NCBI GenBank assembly: GCA_031410595.1
Contig: JANNZM010000035.1
Location: 14,195 to 38,194, forward strand
Reading direction: 5' to 3'
From: Actinomycetes bacterium
GTDB taxonomy: Bacteria; Actinomycetota; Acidimicrobiia; Acidimicrobiales; Ilumatobacteraceae
DNA: 24,000 nt
Each line of letters begins with the position of its first letter. The first letter of the stretch is position 1. This document shows positions 1 through 12,491 of this stretch, in pieces. The notes beneath the pieces were generated by a model that did no database searches, had not been told where the DNA came from, and worked only from the letters and a program-made list of their open reading frames with translations. The position numbers were made by a program, and so were the translations under genes.

Positions 1-705
1 GGCGAATGGTCGAGCCGCCTTGGCTTGTCCGGCCAACCGCACGAGGCCGAAGAAGTGATGGTCATGCGTGACCTTGCGCTCGCCCGTCTCACCGGCGCGC
101 GCATCCACTTCCAGCACCTGTCGACGGCTCGTTCGGTGCAGATGGTGCACGATGCCCGCGCCGAGGGGCTGCACGTGTCGGCCGAGGCAACTCCACATCA
201 CTTCACCCTCACCCATGCGGCCTGTGCGTCGTTCGATTCGGTCTATCGGGTGAATCCGCCGCTTCGCACCGACGCCGATGTGGCCGCCATGAAGGCTGGT
301 TTACGCAGCGGTTGGCTTGACTGTATCGCCACCGACCATGCGCCTCACGCGGTCGATCAGAAGGAAAAGCCCTTCGCCGAGGCACCCCCCGGCATGCTTG
401 GGTTAGAGACGGCGCTGGCGCTTGCGCTTACTGAACTCGACATGCCGATTGAGAAGGTGTTGGCGCTCATGAGCTGGCAGCCTGCGGCCATTGGTGGCAT
501 GGGTGACACTCACGGTGCCATCGGTGTTGGTCGGGCCGCCAACCTGTGCGTGATCGACCCGCTCGCAACCTGGGTCGTCGATCGCACCAAGCTGGCCAGC
601 CGCTCCACCAACACCCCTTTCGAAGGCCGCACCCTTCGGGGTCGGGTCCGCCACACCATCTTCCACGGCGACCCCGTCGTGATCGACGCCATTGCTCAAC
701 GCTGA
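1..705 (+). CDS. pyrC: Dihydroorotase, C-terminal part (5' end lies outside the window)
   Basis: Frame 1 is open from base 1 to TGA 703-705. The translation (…LGLSGQPHEAEEVMVMRDLALA…IHFQHLST…ATPHHF…DCIATDHAPH…EAPPGMLGLET…) shows amidohydrolase-type dihydroorotase motifs. It sits directly upstream of carA/carB as in pyr operons. Confidence 0.9.
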   Translation, partial: GEWSSRLGLSGQPHEAEEVMVMRDLALARLTGARIHFQHLSTARSVQMVHDARAEGLHVSAEATPHHFTLTHAACASFDSVYRVNPPLRTDADVAAMKAGLRSGWLDCIATDHAPHAVDQKEKPFAEAPPGMLGLETALALALTELDMPIEKVLALMSWQPAAIGGMGDTHGAIGVGRAANLCVIDPLATWVVDRTKLASRSTNTPFEGRTLRGRVRHTIFHGDPVVIDAIAQR

Positions 706-721
706 ACACCAACCCAACGAA

Positions 722-752
722 CCGTGAAGCGGGTCCCGAGAGGCTCGCACGG
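722..752 (+). promoter_or_regulatory. Candidate PyrR-binding RNA stem-loop in the pyrC-carA spacer
   Basis: GGUCCCGAGAGGCU (732-745) matches the PyrR binding-loop consensus ARUCCAGAGAGGYU at 12 of 14 positions. Predicted fold: lower stem 722-725/749-752, 5' purine bulge GAA 726-728, upper stem 729-735/742-748 (two of its pairs are G-U), and hexaloop CCGAGA 736-741 (consensus CAGAGA). The 3' arm runs into the SD GGAAGGAAG (751-759). Confidence 0.4.
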
Positions 753-763
753 AAGGAAGCAAA

Positions 764-814
764 ATGAATGAATATGCAGAGTGCCGTATGACTATGCAAG
801 GCTGGGCGGCATGA
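764..814 (+). CDS. Candidate 16-codon upstream ORF ([16 protein letters not shown]) translationally coupled to carA
   Basis: ATG 764 lies 6 nt after AAGGA (753-757), the strongest SD in the spacer. The ORF ends at TGA 812-814, overlapping the carA ATG 811-813 (ATGA). carA itself has no good SD. The ORF is too short for the ORF track and has no homology support. Confidence 0.3.
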   Translation: MNEYAECRMTMQGWAA

Positions 815-1967
815 TTCGCGAGGCATTGTTAGTGCTGTCCGACGGCGAAGTCTTCGAGGGCGAAGCCATCGGCGCGGAGATGTCGGTCGCCGCTGGTGAG
901 GTCGTGTTCAACACGGTGCTCAGCGGCTACCAGGAAGTGATCACCGACCCCAGCTACGCCGGGCAGATCATCACGTTCACCACGCCCCACATCGGCAACT
1001 ACGGCGTAAACCTCACCGATTTTGAATCGCGTCGCATCTTTTGTCGCGGCGTGATCGTGCGGGAGATGGCTCGCCGTCGCAGCAACTGGCGGGCGACAGC
1101 CGATCTGAACGACATGCTGATCGCCTACGGCATTCCGGGTATCGGTGGCATCGACACTCGCCGCCTCACCCGCCACATTCGTGACACCGGCGCTATCCCC
1201 GGTGCATTTGGTACAGCGGACGAATCCACCCTGCGAGCAGCGGCGCTGGTCGAACCCGGCACCGATGGCGTCGACCTCGTCGCCCAGGTCACCACGTCCC
1301 AGCCGTACACACTCGGCAGCGGAACGCTGCGAATCATCGCCTACGACTTCGGCATCAAGCACACGATCCTGCGTCACCTGTCTGAGTACGGCGAAGTGAC
1401 GGTCGTGCCTGCTCGCACCGGCGCCGTCGATGTGCTTGCGCTCAAGCCTGACGGCGTCTTCTTGTCGAACGGTCCGGGCGACCCTGCGATGTCCCCGTGT
1501 GCCGTTGATGCCATCCGTGAGCTGGTGGAGGCTGGCATGCCGACGTTTGGCATCTGTCTTGGTCACCAGCTCCTGTGCCGGGCGCTCGGAGGCGAGACGT
1601 TCAAGCTGCCATTCGGTCATCACGGCGGCAATCATCCGGTACAACAGGTGTCGTCCGGCAAGGTGGAAATCACCAGCCAGAACCACAACTTCTGCGTCGA
1701 CCCGAGTTCGCTCGACGGCCGTATCGAGGTGACTCATCTCAACCTCAATGACCACACCAACGAAGGGATGCGGGTGAATGGTGCCAACGCCTTCAGCGTG
1801 CAGTATCACCCCGAAGCCGGTCCCGGCCCACATGACAGCCAATACTTGTTTGACCAGTTCGCCCGACTGATGGCGTCGGCGAAAGGCCGGAGCGGCTTCA
1901 CTCGTAACAGCATGACGGGTTACGAAACTCCGGGACTGCCCACTATCGAGTTGGGAGTGGCGGGCTG

Positions 1968-1968
<1 letters not shown>
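811..1968 (+). CDS. carA: Carbamoyl-phosphate synthase small (glutaminase) subunit
   Basis: The ORF-track entry 781-1968 begins with a GTG. I prefer ATG 811 because [17 protein letters not shown] aligns with typical CarA N-termini. Further support comes from the class-I glutamine amidotransferase motifs GICLGHQLL and VQYHPEA. The stop TGA 1966-1968 shares one base with the carB ATG. Confidence 0.92.
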
Positions 1969-5220
<3,252 letters not shown>

Positions 5221-5231
<11 letters not shown>

Positions 5232-5368
5232 GCGGTATAGCGAGCGGTAGCGAGCCAGCGAAGCAGATAGGGCTTATGAGCGGTATAGCGAGCGGTAGCG
5301 AGCCAGCGAAGCAGATACGGCTTATGAGCGGTATAGCGAGCGGTAGCGAGCCAGCGAAGCAGATACGG
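5221..5368. repeat. Tandem repeat of 3 x 48 bp (about 3.1 units) filling the carB-pyrD spacer
   Basis: The unit is GGCTTATGAGCGGTATAGCGAGCGGTAGCGAGCCAGCGAAGCAGATA[G/C], at 5223-5270, 5271-5318 and 5319-5366. There is one mismatch in total (G5270 versus C5318/C5366). Flanking AC (5221-5222) and GG (5367-5368) continue the periodicity. The unit is purine-rich and built from AGCG submotifs. Confidence 0.95.
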
Positions 5369-5371
5369 TGA
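5228..5371 (+). CDS. Candidate 47-codon repeat-encoded mini-ORF bridging carB and pyrD
   Basis: ATG 5228-5230 overlaps the carB TGA 5229-5231 (ATGA). The reading frame stays open through all three 16-codon units ([47 protein letters not shown]). Its stop TGA 5369-5371 overlaps the pyrD GTG 5368-5370 (GTGA). AGGAG at 5212-5216 lies upstream. There is no homology evidence. Confidence 0.35.
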
Positions 5372-6288
5372 GTCTGCAAACGCGTGTTGGCGATGTCACG
5401 TTCGCGAACCCGATCATGGTCGCGTCGGGCGTGGCCGGGCACGGTACAGAACTGGCGTCGTATGTCGACATGGCCAGCCTCGGCGCCATCGTGGTCAAGT
5501 CGCTTTCATCGTTCGAATGGAAGGGCAATCCGGCGCCCCGGCTTCACCCGGTCACCGCCGGCATGATGAACGCGGTTGGACTGCAAGGGCCTGGGATTGA
5601 ACGTTGGAAGACCGAAGAACTTCCCGACCTCCTAGCTACCGGTGCCAAGATCGTGGTCAGTATTTGGGGTCGCTCGTTGGAGGAGTACGCCGACGCAGCG
5701 GCGCTGCTTGCCGACCTTCCCGAACAAGTCGTTGCCATTGAGGTGAATCTCTCGTGCCCGAACCTGTTGGGCAAGGGCATGTTCGCCCAGTCCGCCGAGT
5801 TGGCCGCCGAGGCCATGGCCGTGACCGCCGCGTGTGGCCGACCACGATGGGCCAAGCTGACCGCCGCAGTCACAGACCTTGTTGCCATTGCGACCAGCGT
5901 GAGAGATGCCGGCGCGGCCGCAGTCACGCTGATCAACACCGTGCCGGGTCTTGCCCTCAACATCGAGACCCGCAGACCGCAGCTCGGCAACGGTCCCGGC
6001 GGCCTGTCGGGGCCAGCTATCCACCCGGTCGCGGTGAAAGCGGTTTGGGATGTGCATGCAGCGCTACCGAACCTTCCGATCGTCGGCGTCGGGGGAGTGG
6101 CGAACGCGCGCGATGTGGTGGAACTCATGCTCGCCGGCGCCTCTGCCGTGCAGATAGGCACGGCGGTCTTTGCCTCGCCCAAGCTGCCAGGCATCATTCT
6201 GCGAGACTTCGCAACCTGGTGCAACCAACATCACGTAACCTCCGTAGACCAACTTGTGGGCGCGGCGCATGAACCGGTCGGGCGCTGA
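5368..6288 (+). CDS. pyrD: Dihydroorotate dehydrogenase, class 1 (1B-like catalytic subunit)
   Basis: Supporting motifs are FANPIMVASG, the cysteine-type active-site loop EVNLSCPN (class 1), GGLSGPAIHPVA and GVGGVANARDVVE. The N-terminus aligns with class-1B PyrD starts. Confidence 0.9.
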   Translation: MSLQTRVGDVTFANPIMVASGVAGHGTELASYVDMASLGAIVVKSLSSFEWKGNPAPRLHPVTAGMMNAVGLQGPGIERWKTEELPDLLATGAKIVVSIWGRSLEEYADAAALLADLPEQVVAIEVNLSCPNLLGKGMFAQSAELAAEAMAVTAACGRPRWAKLTAAVTDLVAIATSVRDAGAAAVTLINTVPGLALNIETRRPQLGNGPGGLSGPAIHPVAVKAVWDVHAALPNLPIVGVGGVANARDVVELMLAGASAVQIGTAVFASPKLPGIILRDFATWCNQHHVTSVDQLVGAAHEPVGR

Positions 6289-6344
6289 GGCGTGCGGTCC
6301 GAACATGCAGCGGCCACGGATCGATCCGGCCAAAGGACTCGCCA

Positions 6345-7031
6345 ATGACTGACCCGCATCCCAATCGCGATCGACTGGCCCTCGCTCTCGACGTTGACGA
6401 CCTCGTGGACGCCACCCGGATGGCCCGCAAACTGCAGCCTTGGTTCGGCTTCGTGAAAGTCGGCCTTGAGCTGTTTAGCGCGGCCGGCCCGGAGGCCATC
6501 GGCACGTTCCGTGACATGGGGTTTCGCGTCTTCCTCGACCTCAAACTGCACGACATCCCGACAACGGTCGGCAAGGCTTCACGCGTGGTCGGCGCGCTCG
6601 GTGCCGAACTGTTGACGGTACACGCGTTCGGTGGCGACGCCATGATGCGCGAGGCGTGTGACGGCTTTCTCGTAGGCGCCGAAGCAGCCGGTCTGCCCGA
6701 GCCGATGGTGATTGCCGTAACGGTGCTCACCAGTGACGCGGACGCCCCGCCCCATATCCTGTTCCGGCGCGTTGGCGAAGCCGTCGAAGCCGGCTGCGGC
6801 GGCATCGTGTGCTCAGCCCTCGACGTGCACGATGCCAAGACGCTCGCGCCCCGCGTCTTTGCGGTCGTGCCCGGCACGCGCCCCGAGGGAGCTCCCGCCC
6901 ACGACCAGGCGAGAGTTTCGACGCCTGCGGCCGCGATCAAGGCGGGCGCCGACTTGTTGGTCATCGGCCGCTCGGTGCTGCAGAGCGACGATCCCATGGT
7001 TGCCGCCGACGCAATCGCCTCGTCGTTTTAA
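6345..7031 (+). CDS. pyrF: Orotidine 5'-phosphate decarboxylase
   Basis: Supporting motifs are LALALDV and FLDLKLHDIPTTV (the DxKxxD catalytic motif) and a C-terminal VIGRS. The SD AAGGA at 6332-6336 lies 8 nt upstream of the ATG. Confidence 0.92.
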   Translation: MTDPHPNRDRLALALDVDDLVDATRMARKLQPWFGFVKVGLELFSAAGPEAIGTFRDMGFRVFLDLKLHDIPTTVGKASRVVGALGAELLTVHAFGGDAMMREACDGFLVGAEAAGLPEPMVIAVTVLTSDADAPPHILFRRVGEAVEAGCGGIVCSALDVHDAKTLAPRVFAVVPGTRPEGAPAHDQARVSTPAAAIKAGADLLVIGRSVLQSDDPMVAADAIASSF

Positions 7032-7085
7032 ATCCTTCGCTCCAGCCCTGAAGCACGTACCCGCTCGGCTAAGATGACAACCCAT

Positions 7086-7400
7086 ATGGCGACCCCACCC
7101 CAACTCTCCTCCGACCAGCGCGCCGCTGCGTTGGCGAAGGCCGCTCTCGTTCGAGTCGCACGCTCGGAACTTAAAGAGAAGCTGAAGTCCGGCGAAATGT
7201 CGTTGCAAGACGTCATTGACGCAGCCGTTACCGACGACGTCGCCGCCAAACTCAAGGTGCTCGCCATGCTCGAGTCCCTTCCGGGTCTCGGCAAGGTGAA
7301 GGCTCGCCGCATCATGGACGACGTCGGCATTGCCGACTCGCGTCGGGTGAAGGGCCTTGGCGCGCAGCAGCGGGCGGCCCTTCTCCAGCAGTTGGGGTGA
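7086..7400 (+). CDS. mihF: Actinobacterial integration host factor (mIHF)
   Basis: MATPPQLSSDQRAAALAKA…LKVLAMLESLPGLGKVKARRIM…RRVKGLG closely parallels mycobacterial mIHF (MALPQLTDEQRAAALEKA…). An alternative in-frame ATG exists at 7074. Confidence 0.85.
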   Translation: MATPPQLSSDQRAAALAKAALVRVARSELKEKLKSGEMSLQDVIDAAVTDDVAAKLKVLAMLESLPGLGKVKARRIMDDVGIADSRRVKGLGAQQRAALLQQLG

Positions 7401-7960
7401 GCGTGGCCCAGACGTCTCCGTTGATCGTTGTTATCTCTGGTCCCGGAGGAGTCGGCAAAGGAAGTATCGTTGACGCGTTATTGCACCGCGCCCCAGCGCT
7501 GTGGCTCTCACGATCATGGACGACGCGTGAGCGGCGGCCCGGGGAGCGAGCAGACGCGTATGTGTTCGCCGACCGAGCCGCGTTTGAAGCACGCATCGCG
7601 GCTGGCGGGTTTTTGGAGTGGACCGAGTTTCTCGGCAACTACTACGGCACGCCTCTCCCCGAGGCCCCCCATGATGCCGTGGTCATTCTTGAAATCGAAG
7701 TTGACGGGGCCCGTCAGGTCAAGAATCGCTTCCCCGACGCCGTGCTCGTCTTCGTGATGCCGCCCTCGCGTGAGGAGCAGCAGCGCCGCCTGCGCTATCG
7801 GGGCGACCAGGAAGAAAAGGTCGCAGCCCGCCTCCGAAAGGCCGAGGAGGAAGAGCCGGTAGGTCGGGCCATGAGCAACCATGTGGTCGTCAATGACGAT
7901 CTCGAACGGACCGTTGGCGAGCTCTTGTCCATCATCGAGTCCGAGAAAGTGGCTCGTTAA
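7397..7960 (+). CDS. gmk: Guanylate kinase
   Basis: The protein has the P-loop ISGPGGVGKGS and the motifs SRSWTTRERRPGE and EWTEFLGNYYGT. The GTG start overlaps the mihF stop (GTGA). Confidence 0.92.
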   Translation: MSVAQTSPLIVVISGPGGVGKGSIVDALLHRAPALWLSRSWTTRERRPGERADAYVFADRAAFEARIAAGGFLEWTEFLGNYYGTPLPEAPHDAVVILEIEVDGARQVKNRFPDAVLVFVMPPSREEQQRRLRYRGDQEEKVAARLRKAEEEEPVGRAMSNHVVVNDDLERTVGELLSIIESEKVAR

Positions 7961-8031
7961 CGGCCTGAGATGCCCGATTTTGACCGGCGTCTGGTACCAT
8001 TCACCGGCTCAAACGTTCAGGAGACGCACAC

Positions 8032-8298
8032 ATGGCACGTTCGCATGACTCGATGGTTAACCCCCCGATTGAAATGCTGCTTGACCGTGTCGACTCAAAG
8101 TTTGCCCTGGTCACCATGGCAGCCCGCCGCGCCCGCCAGATCAACTCGTACTTCAATCACCTCGGTGATGGCCTCGGCCAGATGGTGCCGCCGCAGGTCA
8201 CCTCGTCGGCCCGCAAGCCCCTCTCCATCGGCTTTGAGGAAATCGCAGCCGACAAGATCGTGATCCGTCCCATCGTTCAGCCCGAGGCTGCTGAATAG
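8032..8298 (+). CDS. rpoZ: DNA-directed RNA polymerase subunit omega
   Basis: The translation NPPIEMLLDRVDSKFALVTMAARRARQIN is typical of omega. The SD AGGAGA ends 7 nt upstream of the ATG. Its position after gmk is conserved. Confidence 0.9.
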   Translation: MARSHDSMVNPPIEMLLDRVDSKFALVTMAARRARQINSYFNHLGDGLGQMVPPQVTSSARKPLSIGFEEIAADKIVIRPIVQPEAAE

Positions 8299-8326
8299 TT
8301 CTGACCTGAGAGGTCACGGTCGTCCC

Positions 8327-9535
8327 GTGTCGACACTGGCTGGACGCCGCATCGTATTGGGCGTGTGTGGTGGCGTGGCCGCCTACAAGGCGGTGGAGCT
8401 CTGCCGTCGTCTCGTTGATGCCGGCGCGTTCGTGCAGCCGGTCCTGACCGAAGAATCGCTCCACTTCATTGGCGCCACCACGTTCTCTGCCGTCGCTTCT
8501 GAGCCGGCGCGGCTATCGCTCTGGGATTCGCCCGAGCCGAGCCCGCACACCGCCCTGGGTCAGCGGGCCGACCTCGTGATAGTCGCACCAGCAACGGCCC
8601 GCCTTATCGGCTCGTATGCAGGCGGCATCTCGCACGATCTCCTCACCAACATCTTGTTGGCCACCCGTGCCCCCGTCATGATTGCTCCGGCGATGCACAC
8701 CGAGATGTGGGAGCACCCGGCAGTGCAGGACAACGTGACGACGCTGCGCAGCCGTGGCGTGCAGGTGGTCGGACCAGAAGCAGGGCATCTCGCTGGCGGC
8801 GATGTCGGTCTCGGCCGACTGTCCGAGCCGGTTGACATTTTCGGCGCGGCGGAGCGGATCTTTCTCCCCCAGGATTTCGCCGGTGCCACCGTTGTGGTCA
8901 CGGCTGGCGGAACCCGCGAACCGATCGACGCGGTGCGAGTGATCGCCAATCGGTCATCGGGCAAGCAGGGCTATGCCATCGCCGCCGCGGCTCGCGACCG
9001 CGGCGCAAACGTGGTGCTAATCACCACCGCCGAGCGCATGAATCCGTCGGGCTGCCGAATCGTTCGCGTCGAGACCGCAGGCGAGATGCAGGCGGCCGTT
9101 CGAGCCGAAGCCGCGTCGGCCGACGTGATCATCATGGCCGCCGCAGTGGCCGACTTCCGCCCCGTCACACCAAGCGAAGGCAAGTGGAAGAAGCACGACG
9201 GACCGCCCCCCATCGTGCTGGAGGCAACCCCGGATATTCTCGCTTCGTTAGGCGAAACAAAACCTTCCGGCCAGGTACTGGTTGGTTTCGCTGCTGAGAC
9301 TTCCGACCTGGTGGAAAATGCGGTGGGCAAGCTCAAGCGGAAGAATCTGGACCTCATCGTCGCGAATGATGTCGCCGCTGACCGAGTTGGTTTCGGGCAT
9401 GACACGAACGCAGTCACCATCATTTCTCGCAGCGGAGTACTGCACTCCATTACGGTGTCCGACAAGTCTGTCGTGGCCAATGCCGTTCTCGACGCAGTAG
9501 CGGGCCTGCGCACCAGCCTTACACCAGATCAATGA
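8327..9535 (+). CDS. coaBC: Bifunctional phosphopantothenoylcysteine decarboxylase / phosphopantothenate-cysteine ligase
   Basis: The N-terminal flavoprotein domain shows [17 protein letters not shown] and PAMHTEMW. The C-terminal DFP ligase domain shows [25 protein letters not shown] and AAAVADF. Confidence 0.93.
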   Translation: MSTLAGRRIVLGVCGGVAAYKAVELCRRLVDAGAFVQPVLTEESLHFIGATTFSAVASEPARLSLWDSPEPSPHTALGQRADLVIVAPATARLIGSYAGGISHDLLTNILLATRAPVMIAPAMHTEMWEHPAVQDNVTTLRSRGVQVVGPEAGHLAGGDVGLGRLSEPVDIFGAAERIFLPQDFAGATVVVTAGGTREPIDAVRVIANRSSGKQGYAIAAAARDRGANVVLITTAERMNPSGCRIVRVETAGEMQAAVRAEAASADVIIMAAAVADFRPVTPSEGKWKKHDGPPPIVLEATPDILASLGETKPSGQVLVGFAAETSDLVENAVGKLKRKNLDLIVANDVAADRVGFGHDTNAVTIISRSGVLHSITVSDKSVVANAVLDAVAGLRTSLTPDQ

Positions 9536-9548
9536 ACAGGAGCCTCAC

Positions 9549-10745
9549 GTGAGCAGCAGTTGGACATTCACCTCGGAGTCGGTCACCGAGGGCCACCCGG
9601 ACAAGATGGCGGACCAGGTTTCCGACGCTGTTCTCGACGCCATTTTGGCTGCCGATCCAAAGGGTCGGGTGGCTTGCGAAACGCTGCTTACCACTGGTCT
9701 GTGTGTCATCGCCGGCGAGATCACCACGACCGCTTACGTCGACATTCCCAAGCTGGCCCGCAACGTCATCAACGGCATCGGCTACGACAACGCACTGTTC
9801 GGTTTCGACGGCAACACGTGCGGCGTCATCGTGTCGATTGATGAGCAGTCCCCCAACATCGGCCAGGGCGTCGACTCATCCGAAGAAGTGCGCGCCGGCA
9901 AGAGCGGCGAAGACATCCTCAACAGCCAGGGTGCCGGCGACCAGGGCATGATGTTCGGCTACGCCTGTAACGAAACCGCCGACCTCATGCCGCTACCGAT
10001 CTGGCTTGCTCATCGCATGGCCGAGCGCCTCACCGAAGTGCGCAAGTCCAACGTCGTGCCCTACCTGCGCCCCGATGGCAAGACGCAGGTCACCTTTGAC
10101 TACGAGGACGGCAAGCCCGTTCGTCTGCGCACCGTGCTCATCTCCACGCAGCACGCCCCCGGTATTGATCGTGACACCATGATCCGTCCCGACCTCATTG
10201 AGAACGTGATCCGCCCGGTCATCCCCGAGCAATTCCGGGACGATAACTACACCGTCTACGTCAACCCGACCGGCACGTTCGTGCTCGGTGGCCCGCACGC
10301 CGACACCGGCCTGACGGGCCGCAAGATCATCGTTGACACCTACGGCGGCATGGGTCGTCATGGCGGCGGTGCCTTCTCGGGCAAAGACCCGTCCAAGGTC
10401 GACCGTTCGGCCGCGTACGCCGCTCGGTGGGTCGCCAAGCACGTTGTTGCTTCCGGTGCAGCCGACCGATGCGAAGTACAGGTTGCCTATGCCATCGGCG
10501 TGGCTCAGCCGATATCGATCTATGTCGAGACATTCGGCACCGAGAAGGTTTCGAACGACTCCATCGTCGCTGCTGTTCGGTCGGTGTTCGACCTTCGTCC
10601 CGCTGCCATCGGCCGGGACCTCGACCTTCGCCGTCCGATCTACCAGAAGACCGCAGCGTACGGTCACTTCGGCCGCGACCTGCCCGAGTTCACCTGGGAG
10701 CACACCACCCGCGTTGCCGACTTCAAGGCGGCCGTTGGCCTCTGA
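9549..10745 (+). CDS. metK: S-adenosylmethionine synthase
   Basis: Supporting motifs are [37 protein letters not shown] and [19 protein letters not shown]. The start codon is GTG. Confidence 0.97.
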   Translation: MSSSWTFTSESVTEGHPDKMADQVSDAVLDAILAADPKGRVACETLLTTGLCVIAGEITTTAYVDIPKLARNVINGIGYDNALFGFDGNTCGVIVSIDEQSPNIGQGVDSSEEVRAGKSGEDILNSQGAGDQGMMFGYACNETADLMPLPIWLAHRMAERLTEVRKSNVVPYLRPDGKTQVTFDYEDGKPVRLRTVLISTQHAPGIDRDTMIRPDLIENVIRPVIPEQFRDDNYTVYVNPTGTFVLGGPHADTGLTGRKIIVDTYGGMGRHGGGAFSGKDPSKVDRSAAYAARWVAKHVVASGAADRCEVQVAYAIGVAQPISIYVETFGTEKVSNDSIVAAVRSVFDLRPAAIGRDLDLRRPIYQKTAAYGHFGRDLPEFTWEHTTRVADFKAAVGL

Positions 10746-12468
10746 TCGCTTGGTCGTTCGGGTTCTTCCCGACGTCAAAGGGTTCGAGAAACGTTTTGAC
10801 TACCTGGTCCCGGAGACACTCCGGGGCCAGATTCGCGTCGGCACCCAGGTGCGCATCGACCTGGCCGGTCGTCGTGTTGGCGGCTGGATAACCGCAGTCG
10901 ATGTCTCGGCACCCGACGGGGTGAGGCTGAGGCCGATTGCGAAGGTGGTGGGTTGGGGCCCGCCCGCTGACCTGTTTCCGCTGGCCGAATGGGCAGCCTG
11001 GCGGTGGGCTGGTCGCCCCCAACATATGCTCACGGCCGCGTCGCCCGAGAAGGTGGTGAGCGCCATCTCGGTCGCTCGACCGTCGAACATTCCGGTTCCG
11101 GTCGTGCTTGATCCGTGGCTCACCGACGCGTTCAACGGGCCCTCGTCACTCGTGCGGTTGCCACCCGCGAAGGACGCCTTCGATCTGTTGTTAGAAGCCT
11201 GTCGCCGCGGCAACGCGCTCATCGTCTGCCCCTCCGTTTCGATGGCGCGACTGTTCGGTGCACGCCTGCGGCGGGCAGGCGTTGCCGTTGCGCTGTATCC
11301 CCGTGACTGGTCGCAGATCGCTGGTGCTGGCTCGGCCATTGGAGCACGAGCATCGGTCTGGGCGCCGGTGCGTGACCTAGCCGCAGTTGTGGTGCTGGAC
11401 GAGCACGACGAAGGTCATCAGCAAGAGCAGACGCCGGCCTGGAACGCGCGTGACGTGGCAGTCGAACGGGCCCGTGTGGCCGGTGTGCCGTGCGTCCTGG
11501 TCTCACCGACACCGTCGCTGGAATCGCTCGCCGGCCACCGTCTGGTAACGCTGTCCCGATCGGAAGAGCGCGAGGGTTGGCCGGTGCTCGATGTCATTGA
11601 CCGCGGTCGGGACGAGCCGTCCCGTCGTGCCCTGCCAGTGAGTGACGCGCTGGCGCGACTGCTGACCGGCGACAAACGCATTGTGTGCGTGCTGAACACA
11701 AAAGGCATCGCTCGACTACTCGTCTGCGCATCGTGCGGTGACCTGGCCCGATGTGAGCGCTGTGACGCTGCCCTCGAACAGATCGACGATCATCTGCACT
11801 GCCCCCGGTGTGAACTCGAGCGCCCGATCGTGTGCAAGTCATGCGGGTCGAGCAAGTTCAAACTCCGTCGTCGCGGCGTATCGAAACTACGCGAGGAGCT
11901 GGAAGCAGCGGCCGGTTCGCGGGTGGTGGAAGTGACCGGTGCAACCGCGGGGGAGCCGCTGCCCGAGGCGCGTATCTACATCGGCACCGAGGCAGTCCTT
12001 CATCAGGTACAGCACGCCGATATCGTCGTGTTCATCGACCTTGATGCCGAGCTGTTTGCCCCTCGTTACCGGGCCAACGAACAGGTGATGGCGCTGATGG
12101 CGCGAGCGGCCCGGCTGGTGGGTGGGCGCAGCGGGGGTGGTCGCATCATGGTGCAGACCACCGACCCGCATCACGACGTGCTCACCGCGATACTTCAGGC
12201 CGACCCGGCCAAGTTTTCTGCGGCAGAGCTGGAGCGTCGACAGATGCTTCGCTTCCCGCCGGTCACCGCGCTGGCCGCGGTATCTGGTGCAGGTGCGGAA
12301 GCGTTCGTTGCTGCCATACCCGAGACCATCGGTATCGAAGTTCTCGGTCCGTCCGACGACCGCTACTTGATTCGGGGCCCCGATCATCGGACCCTTTGCA
12401 ACACGCTCGCGGCCACACCGCGACCCGAGTCCAGAGTCCGCATCGAAGTCGACCCCCATCGCATTTGA
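10735..12468 (+). CDS. priA: Primosomal protein N' (PriA), actinobacterial type with degenerate helicase motifs
   Basis: Support comes from the N-terminal RVLPDV…FDYLVP motif and the four CxxC pairs of the zinc-binding region (CASC…CERC…CPRC…CKSC). The track ORF starting at 10333 overlaps metK and is over-extended. Candidate starts are TTG 10735 (AAGG 6 nt upstream) or TTG 10750, so the start is uncertain. Confidence 0.85.
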   Translation: MASDRLVVRVLPDVKGFEKRFDYLVPETLRGQIRVGTQVRIDLAGRRVGGWITAVDVSAPDGVRLRPIAKVVGWGPPADLFPLAEWAAWRWAGRPQHMLTAASPEKVVSAISVARPSNIPVPVVLDPWLTDAFNGPSSLVRLPPAKDAFDLLLEACRRGNALIVCPSVSMARLFGARLRRAGVAVALYPRDWSQIAGAGSAIGARASVWAPVRDLAAVVVLDEHDEGHQQEQTPAWNARDVAVERARVAGVPCVLVSPTPSLESLAGHRLVTLSRSEEREGWPVLDVIDRGRDEPSRRALPVSDALARLLTGDKRIVCVLNTKGIARLLVCASCGDLARCERCDAALEQIDDHLHCPRCELERPIVCKSCGSSKFKLRRRGVSKLREELEAAAGSRVVEVTGATAGEPLPEARIYIGTEAVLHQVQHADIVVFIDLDAELFAPRYRANEQVMALMARAARLVGGRSGGGRIMVQTTDPHHDVLTAILQADPAKFSAAELERRQMLRFPPVTALAAVSGAGAEAFVAAIPETIGIEVLGPSDDRYLIRGPDHRTLCNTLAATPRPESRVRIEVDPHRI

Positions 12469-12491
12469 GAGAGAATCTCCAACACCGCGAC

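Noticed and set aside
6317-6328. A perfect 12-bp palindrome CGGATCGATCCG lies in the pyrD-pyrF spacer.
   Set aside because: About six perfect 12-bp palindromes are expected by chance in 24 kb (24000/4^6). It cannot form a useful RNA hairpin because it has no loop, and I have no supporting context.
7070-7075. TAAGAT upstream of mihF could be a leaderless-type -10 box.
   Set aside because: The spacing to the homology-supported ATG 7086 is 10 nt rather than 6-7, and the hexamer overlaps the alternative ATG 7074. The evidence is too ambiguous to call.
8302-8316. A small hairpin TGACCT-GAG-AGGTCA follows rpoZ.
   Set aside because: The stem is only 6 bp with a 3-nt loop, and there is no U-tract. 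coaBC starts 11 nt later, so read-through is expected. It is indistinguishable from chance.
10333-10734. This is the 5' extension of the priA ORF as given in the track (711 aa). Other analogous over-long track calls are 12924-13046 (membrane protein), 22768-23043 (mog), 15216-15326 (SpoU, minus strand), 18886-18978 (fusion protein, minus strand), 14358-14408 (DUF2510) and 781-810 (carA).
   Set aside because: The extensions overlap the 3' ends of well-supported upstream genes or, for the fusion gene, the divergent def start. They encode low-complexity sequence. They are replaced by starts supported by homology of the N-terminus, an SD, or a -10 box at leaderless distance.
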